A DNA stretch of 64,000 bases, taken from contig NC_091477.1 in NCBI RefSeq assembly GCF_036971445.1, positions 97,030,001-97,094,000 on the forward strand. The letters are read 5' to 3'. The notes below the pieces were generated by a model. That model had not been told where the DNA came from. It did no database searches and was given only the letters and a program-made list of their open reading frames with translations. Source of the stretch: Narcine bancroftii (taxonomy: Eukaryota). Shown here in pieces: positions 1 through 11,854 of the stretch (the first letter of the stretch is position 1; each line of letters begins with the position of its first letter). The position numbers and the translations under genes were made by a program.

Positions 1-394
1 AACAAGAATGTTGGGAAGGCGCAGCAGATCAGGTCATGGCAGTGGTAAAAATAATGCCATCGGAACCAGTCAGGGGTTTGAAAAGCAAAAACAATTGCAA
101 ATATCAGAGATCTGAAAAAGTAAATGCAGGAAATAGCAGAAACAAGCTAACGACTCAGGCCATGACTTATTGGAACACTTGCCAATATCACCTCTTCACA
201 CACCTACTTCCCAGAAACCAAACTTGAATAGATTCCACTCGATCCCACTGATCACATGATGGACGTGCAAACTGTGAAACAGCTGGACTCCAGTTCCCAT
301 CCCTGCGGCACCCCACTAGCCAAGCCTTGTCACCCAAAATTAGCCTGGTCTTTCCTATTTCACTTGATGTGCACCCACTTTCTTGAAATATTGA

Positions 395-642
395 CTCATC
401 TCACTTTCTTCAAGTCCAGGAAACCCAACCAGTCACCCTCCACGACCAGCCTCCTCCGCCTTGTTCTCACTCTTAATAGTGTCTCCTTTGACTCATCCCA
501 TTTTCTTCAAATATGTCCTCCTCCCCTCTTCACCACTTTATTCGGGTGCCAGCCGACGTTTTCCCATACCTTATGAAGGGAAACGTTGGTTATGTATCTT
601 TACTACATAAAGTACACTGATCAGCTGAGTTTCTCCAGCATC
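395..642 (+). mobile_element. Penelope-like element fragment (RT remnant plus pseudo-LTR tail)
   Basis: PNQSPSTTSLLRL..VLTLNSVSFDSSHFLQI resembles Penelope RT; tail TGAAGGG..AAACGTTGG..CTGAGTTTCTCCAGCA. Confidence 0.6.
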
Positions 643-848
643 GGCCAGTACTATAAGTTCAAATTGTTCCTTCGTTCCCTATAACTACAACAGGCACCTC
701 ACTTCACTGGTTTGAGAACTGTCTGTGGAAATTGATGCACACGCCAGTGGCCCAACAGGAACTCCACTGGGACAGCGTTCCTCCGAAACAAGCTGCAATC
801 CAGATCGCCCTCGGCCCCTCCTCGGCGCTCGGGTGACCAGTTACTCAC

Positions 849-937
849 AGTGCCGGGCGAGTGGCGACCGCCGTGCCGCCGCCGCCAGGGCTCGTCTGCA
901 CCAACCGCCGGCACCAAGCCGCCACCCTCGCCGCCAT
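849..937 (-). CDS. MRPL47: MRPL47 coding exon 1 (mitochondrial ribosomal protein uL29m, targeting peptide); gene continues off the left edge
   Basis: AAGATGGCG start at 937 gives MAARVAAWCRRLVQTSPGGGGTAVATRPA, then a GTGAGT donor (848-843); 89 nt, phase 2. Resembles the human N-terminus MAAAGLALLCRR. MRPL47 is the known head-to-head partner of NDUFB5. The call rests mainly on synteny. Confidence 0.75.
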
Positions 938-1640
938 CTTCGCACTCGCCCACAGTGCACCGCGCCGCGGTTCCCAGGGCAACCGCCCGCGGATTGGATC
1001 CCGCTGACCGGGGCAGCGTCCGGGACCCTTTCGACAACCATCGGGCTCCCTTTTTCAGCGGTGGGTCCGCGACTGAAGTAAAAGGCGAAGCTGCGAGGTC
1101 GAACAAGTGTGTCTTTATAGAGAAAAGATGATGACCGAGGCTTGAGGTGTCGGGGAAACCGGCATCATTGCTGCTGGTCGACCATCTGTGCCTCCTGAAG
1201 CCTTGATTTTCACGGGCGGGGCTTGGCAGCGCCCATGTCCAGGCAAAGGGTCCAGGATGCTTTGGAACCGGCATCTCGGCTCATGCAGCCGGAACTCCTC
1301 CACGTCCTCATTTCTGGCTTTGCTCCCAGACCCGAAACTTCTACTCATGGTCGCCGCCCGGCCCGACAACCTCAGCAGCGGCTCGGGTTTCTCCTCCTCA
1401 TTATTAAGTCCAGATTCATCCACGACATTTTATCTGGGGACTAAATCCCTCCTTCAAATCCCGTAAAGCCGCGGATCTTCCGTGAAGACCAGACAGAGCC
1501 CGTTCCCCGCCGTCCTGACCTCTGACCCCGAGCCATGACGCACGCCCCGCTTCACCCTCGACCTCCGCCGGAGGTGCCGATTGGCCGCCTCACGTTCGCT
1601 TCCGGTGACGCCCGCTCAGAATAACAAACATGGCCGCGCT
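930..1640. promoter_or_regulatory. CpG-island bidirectional promoter MRPL47/NDUFB5
   Basis: CpG-rich ~760-1750 between divergent ATGs (937 minus, 1630 plus). Inverted CCAAT (GATTGG ~1579), ETS/GABP-like CTTCCGG next to TGACG (~1599-1610), GC boxes, and YY1-like motifs over both start codons (AAGATGGCGGC, AACATGGCCGC). Confidence 0.75.
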
Positions 1641-1744
1641 GAGCGTGTTGCGAACCGCGGTCGCTTTTCTGGCTCGGCGGCCTCCCGTTCAACTGCAGCA
1701 CCTGGCTGAGAATACCCTGCTTCGCCCCCTCCCTGGATCCCATG
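1630..1744 (+). CDS. NDUFB5: NDUFB5 coding exon 1 (complex I subunit SGDH, transit peptide)
   Basis: MAALSVLRTAVAFLARRPPVQLQHLAENTLLRPLPGSH; G|GTACGG donor; phase 1 joins exon 2 in frame. Confidence 0.9.
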
Positions 1745-2480
1745 GTACGGCTAACTTTCAGCGTGTTCTTCTTCAGTGCACGACCTCTAACTGTTCTGGG
1801 ATTGACCTTGTAGAGAGGGGGGTGGGGGTAGATGAGACTCGGAGGAAACTCGGCACTGATCGCAAATGTTTACCTGTGAAGGCTTAGAAGTCGATCAAAG
1901 TAGAATCAGGGATAATGCAGGAGGGAGGAACAGAGCTGTCGTTTCAGGTGGTCGGCTCTTCGGAAGAAAGGTCACTCGCCGACTTGTGCATTAATGCTTA
2001 TTTCCCTCTTCACAGGGCCCTCCATCTCGGTGCTTCCAGTTCTCAGTAATTCGCTTTTCTGATCGGTGCACTGTTCAGAATTTGTAGGGTTGGTTCACGA
2101 GCATCAAAGGAGTGATGGAAAGCAAAAATGATTAGGTTGAATAAGTGAAAGAGAATAATGAATGAACTGGGAAACACTGCTGATTTTTTAAAAGAGAAAA
2201 TATAAACAGATCCAGCAATGACTTCCATGAAAAGAGAAGCTATTAGTTGGAAATGCAACTAATGTTGTAATTCATCTTAATATGTTGTAAGAGGTTGGCA
2301 TAAATGGTGCATGAGACTTGCTATATTAAAAATACACTAGTAATAGACAGGGTTCAAGATTCCATTTATTGTCATGTGCACAAAAATCTTTGTCTGATGA
2401 AGGCCTGCAAAGAAGCACTATTAATACAGTGCCACTAACAAAAAAGATAAAGTAAAGCAACAGAGAATCCCTGCAGGGGC

Positions 2481-3230
2481 ATTAATGTCACCAAAACCAA
2501 GGAGCTGATTGTCGACTTCAGGAAAGGAAAGCCAGAGGTATACAATCCAGTGATCGTTGGTGGCTCAGAGATGGAGAGGGTGAAAAAATTTAGGTTCTTG
2601 GGAGTCACTATTTCAGAGGATCTTTTCTGGATCTGTCACCCCAATAGCATCGTGAAGAAAGCACACAAGTGTCTATACTTAGGAGTTTGTGGAGGTTTGG
2701 TATGACACCAGAAACCCTGACAAATTTTTACAGAGGTATTGTGGAAAGTGTGCTGACCAGCTGCATCACGGTCTGGTATGGGGACACCAATACCCTGAGC
2801 GTAAAGCTCTCCAAAAGGTAGTCGACACAGCCCAGGCCATCACTGGCAAAACACTCCCCACTATTGAGTACACCTACAGGGAACATTGCTGTCAGAGAAC
2901 AGCAGCAATCATCAAAGACCCACACCACCCAGCACATACTCTGTTCTCGCTGCTGCCATCAGGAAAGACTTGCACCATCATGTTCAGGAACAGCTGCTAA
3001 CCCTTTACCATCAATGACAAAGTCAGTCAGAGACTCATTTAAGGATTCTTACTCATGCACTTTATTAATCAATTTTCTTCATTCTCTCTGTATTGCACAG
3101 TTTGTTTATATTCATTATCTGTTTACAGTTCTTTTATTTGTTTACACTGTATACAGTTTATTTTTGCACTACCAATTAGGGATAATTCTGCAGGAAGAAG
3201 GAATCTCAGGGTTGTATGTGATGTCATGTC
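2481..3230 (+). mobile_element. Rex1/Babar-like LINE, 3' fragment
   Basis: NVTKTKELIVDFRK...ERVKKFRFLGVTISEDL, LQKVVDTAQAITG, IIKDPHHPAH; frameshifted; family 3' UTR follows. Confidence 0.8.
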
Positions 3231-3755
3231 TATACAAAAATGCCTTTGGATCCCAATGCCTCCTCTGATTGCTGTCGCCTCGTGCACCCTCACTGCATGG
3301 CCTCCCATCCAGCAGTGGAAACCCAAGGAGGAGACATCCCAGCTGCTGAGCTCTGAATTGGAACCTGGTCTGTTGCTGTGGTTTCCTACTCTGCAGAATG
3401 TTTTAATTATTTTGAGTGTTAAGCAAGCACATTTCATTCAAGAACCTCTTGAATATGTGGAACAAACCACATTTGCAGGATGACTCCTTAAGACAGCACT
3501 TGAGTATTTTTAATTCTTTTGAGTATTTCTATCTTTAGTTATTTACTACCTAATTTTTTTTTCCAGAAAGCTGATATTGTAACCTTTCTCCAAAGCCAGA
3601 TCAACATATTCAGCTCCATTGATTGTATTGGCCACACACATCCTTAATTTGGGCTGCATGTCAGACACTTTTCTAACCTGCCTTCACAGCCATGGAAACA
3701 TGAGCATTACTTTTTTATTGGCTGATAATTAAATTACAGTATTTCATTTGAAGTA

Positions 3756-5349
3756 CAGTACCCTCCATTATATTTTGGAACAAAGATGGAATTTTTCCTT
3801 TTTGTCCCTGTGCTCCACAGTTTTAAATTTGTAATGATTAAAGTGCATGTTCCAGATTTTATTCAAGGAAATTTGTGTACATTTTGGTTTGACCATGTAG
3901 AAATTACAGCACTTTTTAATACATAGTCCCCCCATTTCAGGGCACCATAATATTTAGGACAGAGCAATATTAAAGTAGCTATGTTTAAAACTTTGTTACA
4001 TATCCCTTGCTTGCAATGATTGCTTGAAGTCTGTGATTCATAGACATCACCAGGTGCTGTGCATCTTTGGTATGTCTCTTCTGCAGCCATCTTCAGCTCC
4101 TGCTTGTTTTGGGAGCTTGACTCTTTAAGTTTTCATTTCAGCATATGGAAGGCATGCTTAATTGGATTTAGATCGGTTTACTGACTAGGCCATTCAAGGT
4201 TTTTCCAAATTTTAAGCTTTGAAAAACTCTTGTTGCATTAGCAGTATATTTTGGATCATTGTCTTGCAGGAGGATGAAGTGCCATCCAATGAGTTTGGAG
4301 GGATTTGTTTGAACTTGATCAGATGTTTCTATACACCTCAGAATTCATTTTGCTACCGCCATCAGCAGTTACAGTATCATTGAAGATGACTCTGCCAGTA
4401 GCTGTGGCAGCCATACATGCCCAGGCCATAACACCTCCAACACCATGTTTCACAGATGAAGTGGTATGCTTTGGATCTTAGGCAGTTCCTTTTCGGCTCC
4501 ATACTTTGCTCTAGGCATCACTCTGATACAGGTTAATCTTGGACTCATCTGTCCACAAGATCTTTTTGCAAAATTCTGCAGGCTCTTTTAAATACTTCTT
4601 TGCAAACTGTAATCTGGCCATCCTGGTCTGTGGCTAAACTAGTGGTTTGTATCTTGCAGTGTAGCCTCTATACTACTGTTCATCAATTCTTCTGCAGACA
4701 GTAGTCATTGACACGTCCACATCTGTCTCCTGAAGCATGTTTCTGATCTTTTGGACAGGTGTTTGTGGATTTTTCTTCATTATGATGAGTTCTTCTGACA
4801 TCAGCAGTGGAGGTCTTCCTTGACCCTTTGCAATTACTCAGCTCACAGTACACTCTTTCTTGATGATGCTCCAAACACTTTATTTTGATAATCCTAAGGT
4901 TTGGGCAATGTGTTTATTCTTGTTTTTCAGCTTTATAATGGCATCTTTGACTTTCATTGGCACAACTCTGGACCTTGTGTTGAAAAATGGCAAATACAGA
5001 CTCCAAAGATTATCAAAAGCTTAGAAGCAACCCCAAATCTCGATACCTGCAGCAATGAACCAATTAAGCATACCTGAGGTCTCTGACTGCCTTTCGGTAG
5101 ACAAAAATCAAAGAATTTCATGTAAGGAAAAATTGCATCTTTGTCACAAATGCCTGAGAAGCCAAATGTCCCAAACATTATGGTGCCCTGAAATTTCTAA
5201 TTGATCAAGCCAAGATATATACAAATAACCTTGAATAAAATTTGGAATGGGCACTTTAATCACATGTGAATTGTTTGATTACAAATTGAAAACTGGAGCA
5301 CAAGGCCAAAGAAAAAAGATGTCTTTGTCCCAACATTATGGAGGGCTGG
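3756..5349 (-). mobile_element. Tc1-like DNA transposon, full length but decayed, IR/DR-type ends
   Basis: TA|CAGTACCCTCCATTATATTTTGGAACAAAGA inverted with TCTTTGTCCCAACATTATGGAGGG; inner repeats at ~3933-3963 and ~5168-5195; minus-strand WTDESKINL, TSSVKHG, QDNDPK transposase motifs with stops. Confidence 0.9.
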
Positions 5350-5429
5350 ATTGCTAATTGTCTATAACCTTTTGCATCTTTTTTTCTATTACCTGCACTA
5401 TGTACAAGAACTGGGTGTGTAAATTCTCT

Positions 5430-5750
5430 TCTTTCTTCTTTGGCTTGGCTTCGCGGACGAAGATTTATGGAGGGGGTAAAATGTCCACGTCAGCTGCAGG
5501 CTCGTTTGTGGCTGACAAGTCCGATGCGGGACAGGCAGACACGGTTGCAGGGGAAAATTGGTTGGTTGGTGTTGGGTTTTTCCTCTTTTGTCTTTTGTCA
5601 GTGAGGTGGGCTCTGCGGTCTTCTTCAAAGGAGGTTGCTGCCCGCCGAACTGTGAGGCGCCAAGATGCACGGTTTGAGGCGATATCAGCCCACTGGCGGT
5701 GGTCAATGTGGCAGGCACCAAGAGATTTCTTTAGGCAGTCCTTGTCTCTT
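5430..5750 (-). mobile_element. RTE-clade LINE 3' end
   Basis: Minus strand KDCLKKSLGACHIDHRQWADIASNRASWR...CLSRIGLVSHKRAC, then a GCCAAGCCAAAGAAGAA tail. Confidence 0.75.
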
Positions 5751-6140
5751 TTTCAGTTTCCCCACGGAAAAATAGTTGCTTTAATTTTCTGGGGCTGAAT
5801 AAAATGTTAACATCCATTTTAAGAGCTGAGAAGATTCATTTTTCCTTCTGAACAATTTTTCAGTTTGTGTTGGACAATTGTGGTTTGTTCTTTGACAGTA
5901 ATATTGATTCAAGAAAATTTGCCCCACCTCCCAATAAAATTATGACTGATTCGGACCATTAAATTTGCTTTTCCTCCCAATCATCGTATCCCTTAGTTTT
6001 TTTAAGGTCAAAAAATTCAGTTTAGCATTGTACAGATTCAGCCACTATGGGTCTGCATATGAACTACTTAATGGTTCACTGAACAATTTGCTTCTGAGAT
6101 GCGTGTTTTTATCGCTTTAAAGTATTTGCATTGTTTTCAG

Positions 6141-6226
6141 TTGTGGTTCGCCATGGTAGTCAGGGGAAGAAGATGTTTGTCATCAAGGCCAGCCAGTATT
6201 ACGATCGTCGTTTTTTGCGTCTCTTG
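6141..6226 (+). CDS. NDUFB5: NDUFB5 exon 2
   Basis: TTTTCAG acceptor; VVVRHGSQGKKMFVIKASQYYDRRFLRLL; GTATGT donor. Confidence 0.96.
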
Positions 6227-6925
6227 GTATGTATGAAAGTCTTGTCTGAAATTTGTTAAATCCATGATTGTGAAAATTTATTTGATTAGAGAATTGATTA
6301 ATTTTTGTTGGGCCAAGTTGTCACTTCGAGGGAAAGAAAAGCCTTATTGTTAATTGTCCATGCAAATATAATGAATATCCAAAGAACACAAGCTTAGCAG
6401 CAGGTAACAAGTATTTTTATGAAATCGCTTTAAGCTTACTTTGGACCTGTCAATCCCATGATCGGAGCATATATTAATGCAGAATATTTATTCAATTTTC
6501 ACTCAGTTCTTGGAATAATTTTCTTTATTAATTAGAATTCTCACTTCTGCAAGTACAATTTGTTTTAACAAGCCCCTGATTTCTGTGCTCTTTTAATTCT
6601 GGCTCTGTTTGTTCCTCAATATTTATTGATTGGTGTAGGCTATATTCTGGAATTTTTTACTTCACTTCCTTTCTCCCCCTCCAAAATGCTCCTTTAAATA
6701 GACTTCTTTGACTGAGCTTTTGAACACGTGTTAATAATTTTAAAGTAGTTATGAAGAGCTTTTTTTTACGGTAAAGGCACTATTTAACATTGTTTAAATT
6801 GGTGAGTTGTGTTTAATGCCTTCAATTAAGAACAAAGTGCCTAGATAGATGTATGCTCCCTTCTGCCTGTGAGAATTTCATTCCATTGCAATTAGTTACT
6901 TGGCAGCTTATTCCATCATTTAGTT

Positions 6926-8329
6926 CAGGGGTGGCCAAACCACGGCTCATGTGGCTCGTTGATGTGTAATGTGCAGCTCGAGGACATATATTGGCTGGAG
7001 GAGAATCCAGCACTCCTGAAGTCACTCTAGGACACTCCAAATTCCTATAGCCAGACCAGGGGGTGGAGGAGGGTTCCAGGATGGTCACAGTCTGTGATGT
7101 ATGACAAGGAGAGGGAAGAGGGAGTAGGAATGTCCCCTGCAGAGCGAGCAGCACACGGTGGAGTCAAGTTCTCACTTTGGCCAAGCCGTACCATAGCAGA
7201 GCATCGCCAATGTGGGGTGTGGTTGCGGAGGATGGGAAGCCAGGGCTGGGCTAGTAGGGCTCCAATGAAGCATGGCCTGCCCCAGAGGCAGGTATCTTTC
7301 CAAGGCAGGCACTCTGGCAAGATGACAGAGATAGGAGGAGAGGGTCCCTAATGAGGACCTCATGCAGGTGCCAAGCCAGGTCAGAACCTGGGCTGGCAGC
7401 AGCAGTGAAGGTCTTATTAGTTGCCCTGAGCAACTGTCAGAAATAGGAGCAGGAATCATCCATCTGGCCTGATGAGCCTGCTCCAACATTCAGTGAGATC
7501 ATAGCTGATCTGGTCGTGGACCGAGCTCCGCCTTCCCCAGCACAATTCTACAATGCAAAAATCTATCTTACTGTATCTTAAATATATTTAATGAGGCGGG
7601 CTCTACTGCTTCCTTGAGCAGAAAATTCCACAGAAAATCAGTAGCAATTTGAAAATATTGGTATGTAAATCTGTACTTTTTGATTATTGAAACTATACAA
7701 ATTAGCAGTGTAAAAACTCCTAATCGGGGGAATTACTGAACCCCACCGTGACCCAAGGAAAGGTCTCTTTGATTGATCCATTCCTGCATTTTGGAAGTAG
7801 GAGAATTGTTGCATCAGATTGTGACCAAAGGAAAAGTCACTTTGACCAGTACCTGGGTTTTGGAAGGATTGTGGAAGCTGTGCGTTTTGTTTACCTTACG
7901 CAAGGAAAAGGGGAGTTGAGACAACTGTTTGTACGAAAGGATATTTCTCTGGAAGAAACTTGACTAGGATTCATGAGATTTTTGGTAGTCCAGCCATTCA
8001 GTCCTTCGTGATTACTTCTGTGCATCTGTTTAAAAGTCTGCATTTTGACACAGGATTTCTAAGACTGAACTTTGAAATGACTTTCCAAAATGGTGCCTAA
8101 GCTGTAATGGTTTGGGTATTTTCCCCCCACCCCCTTACTAATGTGTTATTAGAAGTTATTAATAAAGTGTTTTAAAAATAAAAATATAACTCTTCCTTGG
8201 TGAATTTCCATTGCTGCTGGTCTGCGACATAACAAAGTGTATGTAATATTTTTTTTATGTCTTGCGGCTCTCAAACATCTGAAGTTTATTGTATGTGGCT
8301 CTTATGTTAAGCAAGTTTAGCCACCCCTG
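6926..8329. mobile_element. Non-autonomous hAT-like element with nested retroelement fragments
   Basis: TIRs CAGGGGTGGCCAAAC ... GTTTAGCCACCCCTG; degenerate 8-bp TSD ATTTAGTT/CTATAGAT; CR1-tail-like piece ~7436-7640 and LTR-like piece ~7660-8200 inside. Confidence 0.7.
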
Positions 8330-8398
8330 CTATAGATTGTTAAATTAAAACTGAAGTAAAATTGCATTTCTAATTCTCAATCTGTTCTGTTCCTCAAG

Positions 8399-8465
8399 AG
8401 ATTCTATATTTTATTAACTGGATTACCGATGGCTGCATTAATTACTTTTGTGAATGTTTTTATTG
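8399..8465 (+). CDS. NDUFB5: NDUFB5 exon 3 (transmembrane helix)
   Basis: RFYILLTGLPMAALITFVNVFIG; AG acceptor and GTAAGT donor; 67 nt. Confidence 0.96.
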
Positions 8466-8765
8466 GTAAGTAGTGTAATGGTAATCATAAATGGTACAAA
8501 ACAAATTTTAAAAATAGTACTACAAGCTAATGTTGTCACATTGTAATTTCTTAAGACAAATTCACGCTGGGTCTTACCTTCAGTTAAAGTATGAAGTGGC
8601 TAAGCCAAATGTAATAAGACATATTTTTTATGTTATTAAATATTAAATGCATTTATTTTGATAGAGTTGAGAAACTCATTCATGTCCACCAAAGATTGAT
8701 TATTTTTTTTCAATTTGTTTTTTTCCAAAAACATATATTTGTGCTGCATTTATTGGATTTCACAG

Positions 8766-8827
8766 GTGAAGCTGAGCTTGCAGAGATTCCTGAAGGTTAT
8801 GTTCCAGAACACTGGGAATACCACAAG
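8766..8827 (+). CDS. NDUFB5: NDUFB5 exon 4
   Basis: (G)[20 protein letters not shown]; CACAG acceptor, GTACAG donor. Confidence 0.97.
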
Positions 8828-9109
8828 GTACAGTACACCTTAAGGAGGTGTGGTCATTCATGTTTGGAGTTATGGGAGATGACCAAGGCGTTAAATTAAT
8901 ATTTTTCATGGTAAAGATCGTGAATGCGAGGGAAATCGGGGAAGAGAGCAGTTGTATCCTGTAATGTATCCATATTACAAAAGATAATGTTTAGCATTTT
9001 TGAGGTGCATAAAGGTAGAGAAATCCTCAGGGCCTGACCAATATTTTGGGGAATAGAAAAAAAATGGCTGGTTCTTATCAGTAATTTTTTTGCCTTCCTT
9101 AGCCACGGT

Positions 9110-11060
9110 TTATTTAAGGGCTGCAAGGATGAGCCAGGGAACTATAGGTCTGTGAGCTTAACATCAAGAGAGGTTTCAAAAGATGGGATCGAACTGCATT
9201 TGGGAGGGAAAGGACATTAGGGATAGTCGGCATGAGAAATTGTCTCACAAATTTCATTGAACGTTGAAAATCTGGCCAAGAAGATTTGCAGTCAGGGTGG
9301 TAAATATTTGTCTACATAGATTATAAGGCTTTTGACAAGTTCCTGCTTTGTAGCCTGGTTCAAAGGTTAAGATCACATGGGATCTTGGGTGAGCTAGCAA
9401 ATTAGATACAAAATTGTATTGGTGGAAGGAATTGGAGGATGGTGTTTTATTTCAGATTGGTGGCCTATTGTGCCACAGGGAGTAATGCTGGATGTCTGTC
9501 ATATATATCAACTATTTGGATAAGAATGTAGGAGGCACAATAAAGAAGGTTGTCTAAAGTTAGAACAAGATCTAGGTTAACTGGGAATGTGGGAATTGAA
9601 ATGGCAGATGGAATTTAATCAAGATAAGTGTGAAGTGAGGAGTTTTAGGAAGTTAAACCAGGGCAGGACTTGAACAATAAATGATGGTGAGGAGCATTGT
9701 AGAACAGAAAGAACTAGGGGTACAAACAAATAGTTCCCTGAAAGTAATAGCACATGTAGACAAAGTGCTGAAGAAGGCTTATGGCACACTTACCTTCATT
9801 GGATGGGGAATTGAGTACAAGAATTGGGACATTAATTTACAACTACATAGGATGTTGCTGAGACTTAAGCTGGGATATTGTTTCTAGTTCTGTAGGAAAG
9901 ATGTGATTAAGCTAAGGAGGACATGGAAAAGATTCACAGGGAACTTCAAGGGCTGAGTTGTAATGGAAGATTCAGTAGGATGGATTAGTTTCCATGGAGT
10001 AAAGGAAATGAGGGGTAACCTTAGAGGTTTTCAAATCATAAAGTGCAGAGACAAGGTGAAGTGTGATGGTTGATTTCCCAAAGTATGGCAGTCTTAAAAA
10101 TGCAGTTAAAGGTGAGAGTGGAAATATTTAAAGGGTCTTGAGTGTTACGTGAGATTTAAATCCAGTTCATTGGGTTCACAGAGAAGCAAGTCCAGACACA
10201 AGCTGACAAACAAGGAGTAACCTTTGTTGTACACACGGGGAAATCATAATGGGGAAGGCACAAAACAACACAATACTAAAAACTACATAGGCATTCACAT
10301 TCGGATACAGCGATCTCCAATACAATGGCCGCCTACTCTTTCTTTGTTACACGCATGCAATAATATACGGTTACTAACACAATCTTGCAAGACAGGGACT
10401 TCAGCACACCCTCCTGGTTCCTTGTACCAGTGGTGAGGTTGGTGGGGGGGGGGGGGGCTCAACGCTAAGTATTGCCACACTATACTACATTTGTATAGAC
10501 GTGCCCACCTTACCAATGACTCCTCCTGCAATGTCCACAATTTGCCACCTGGCGCAGAGCAGCTTTTGTAGTCAGGACCAAGGAGCAGCAAGAGTGTGCT
10601 TTTAATGTGTAGTAAGCTGGGGTGCCTGGCCCAGGTGATCAGTAAATGATTAAAAGTGGCCAATAGACCTCAGTGAGGTCTTAAAGAAGCCAGTGATCAG
10701 GTGTGTACTAATGGGTGGGCAGAGTCCCACCTTGATTGGCAGGTGATGCGACTTCCAACTAAATTCCAGACGGAGAGCTTGCGTGACCCTCTGCAATCCA
10801 CCTTCCCACCAAGTTCCAGACGGAGAGGCCACATGACCCTCCACAATTCACATGACACTGAGGGATACAGAACATGGTGGGTATATGAAACAAGCAGCTA
10901 AATGGTGGTAGAGGTAGGTATAATTACAATTTTTAAAATGCATTTGGTCTGGGGTTCATGAATAGAACAGATTTAGTGGGATGTAGGCTGAATTCTGACA
11001 AATGTACTCACTCACGATGGCATTTTGGTCAGCGTGAACAAGTTGGGCTGAGCTGCCTGA
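9110..11060 (+). mobile_element. CR1 LINE fragment (decayed), interrupted by a solo LTR
   Basis: KAFDK, WQMEFN-DKCEV, VLKKAYGTLTFIGWGIEYK motifs. Confidence 0.85.
10143..10857. mobile_element. Solo LTR nested in CR1
   Basis: TGTTAC...ATGACA termini; near-perfect 5-bp TSD TTGAG/CTGAG; CR1 homology resumes on both sides. Confidence 0.65.
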
Positions 11061-11416
11061 CTTTCTCGACATGCTCAGTCCTGATATGGAACCGAAATGA
11101 CAGCCACCCTCTTGCCTCCACACATACTCTCTGACCCATTGAGTTCCTCAGTAGTTGGTTTATTACTTGTCTCTTGGGCCTCCTCTTTTCAGCCTATCTT
11201 TTGTGACACACAGCAAATTTAACATAAATCCCTTTGGCTCCATTCTCGAGTGCATAAATTGCAAAAAAAAATTGAGACTCCAGTTCCAGTCCCAATGGCA
11301 TACAACTTGTTACTTCTTGTCAACATATATTTCCTGTTAGAAGGCCTTATCTTTTATCCATGCCCTGTCAGAATGAACTTACTTTCTTACTAGCTTGTTG
11401 GGACTTCTAAATTATC

Positions 11417-11488
11417 ATATTTACAGTTATTCTTGTAACTTCCCATAGCCAGATTGATTTTAAATAATATTTCTGACCCACCTGAGAA
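11417..11488 (+). pseudogene. Degenerate partial duplicate of NDUFB5 exon 5 and its acceptor
   Basis: Aligns to 11716-11797 (shared ATATTTACAGTT, TCCCATA, GATTTTAA, TGACCCACCTGAGAA); the acceptor AG is lost. Confidence 0.85.
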
Positions 11489-11512
11489 TTATAATATTTA
11501 ATAATTTGATCG

Positions 11513-11713
11513 TTTAAGGACTCTTAAGTTTGCACTTCATTGATTTTTATTTCTTCTGTATTAGTCACTTTGTTTATATTTATTTATTTGTTTAAATGTG
11601 TATGTTGTGCTCTGTTTATTTTTGCACTACCACTCCCTCGCCTGCAGGAAAAAGAATCTTAGGCGTTGTATTTGATGCCATGTATGTACTCTGACAATAA
11701 ATCTGAACTTTGA
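11513..11713 (+). mobile_element. 3' UTR tail of the Rex1-like family
   Basis: TTTAAGGACTCTTA...CTGACAATAAATCTGAA, same tail as 3040-3230 and 33090-33320. Confidence 0.75.
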
Positions 11714-11747
11714 AAATATTTACAGTTCTGCTGTTTTATTCTTACAG

Positions 11748-11854
11748 CATCCCATAACCAGGTGGATTTTAAGAAATATTTATGACCCACCTGAGAAGGA
11801 TTATGAGAAAATGATGGCCCTTATTTCAATTGAAGCTGAGAAAGCAGATCTGAG
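11748..11854 (+). CDS. NDUFB5: NDUFB5 exon 5
   Basis: [36 protein letters not shown]; TTACAG acceptor, GTAAAT donor. Confidence 0.97.

Noticed and set aside
699-1274. 191-aa minus-strand ORF and overlapping plus-strand ORFs
   Set aside because: Stop-poor CpG island; overlaps the MRPL47 exon in another frame; no recognisable protein
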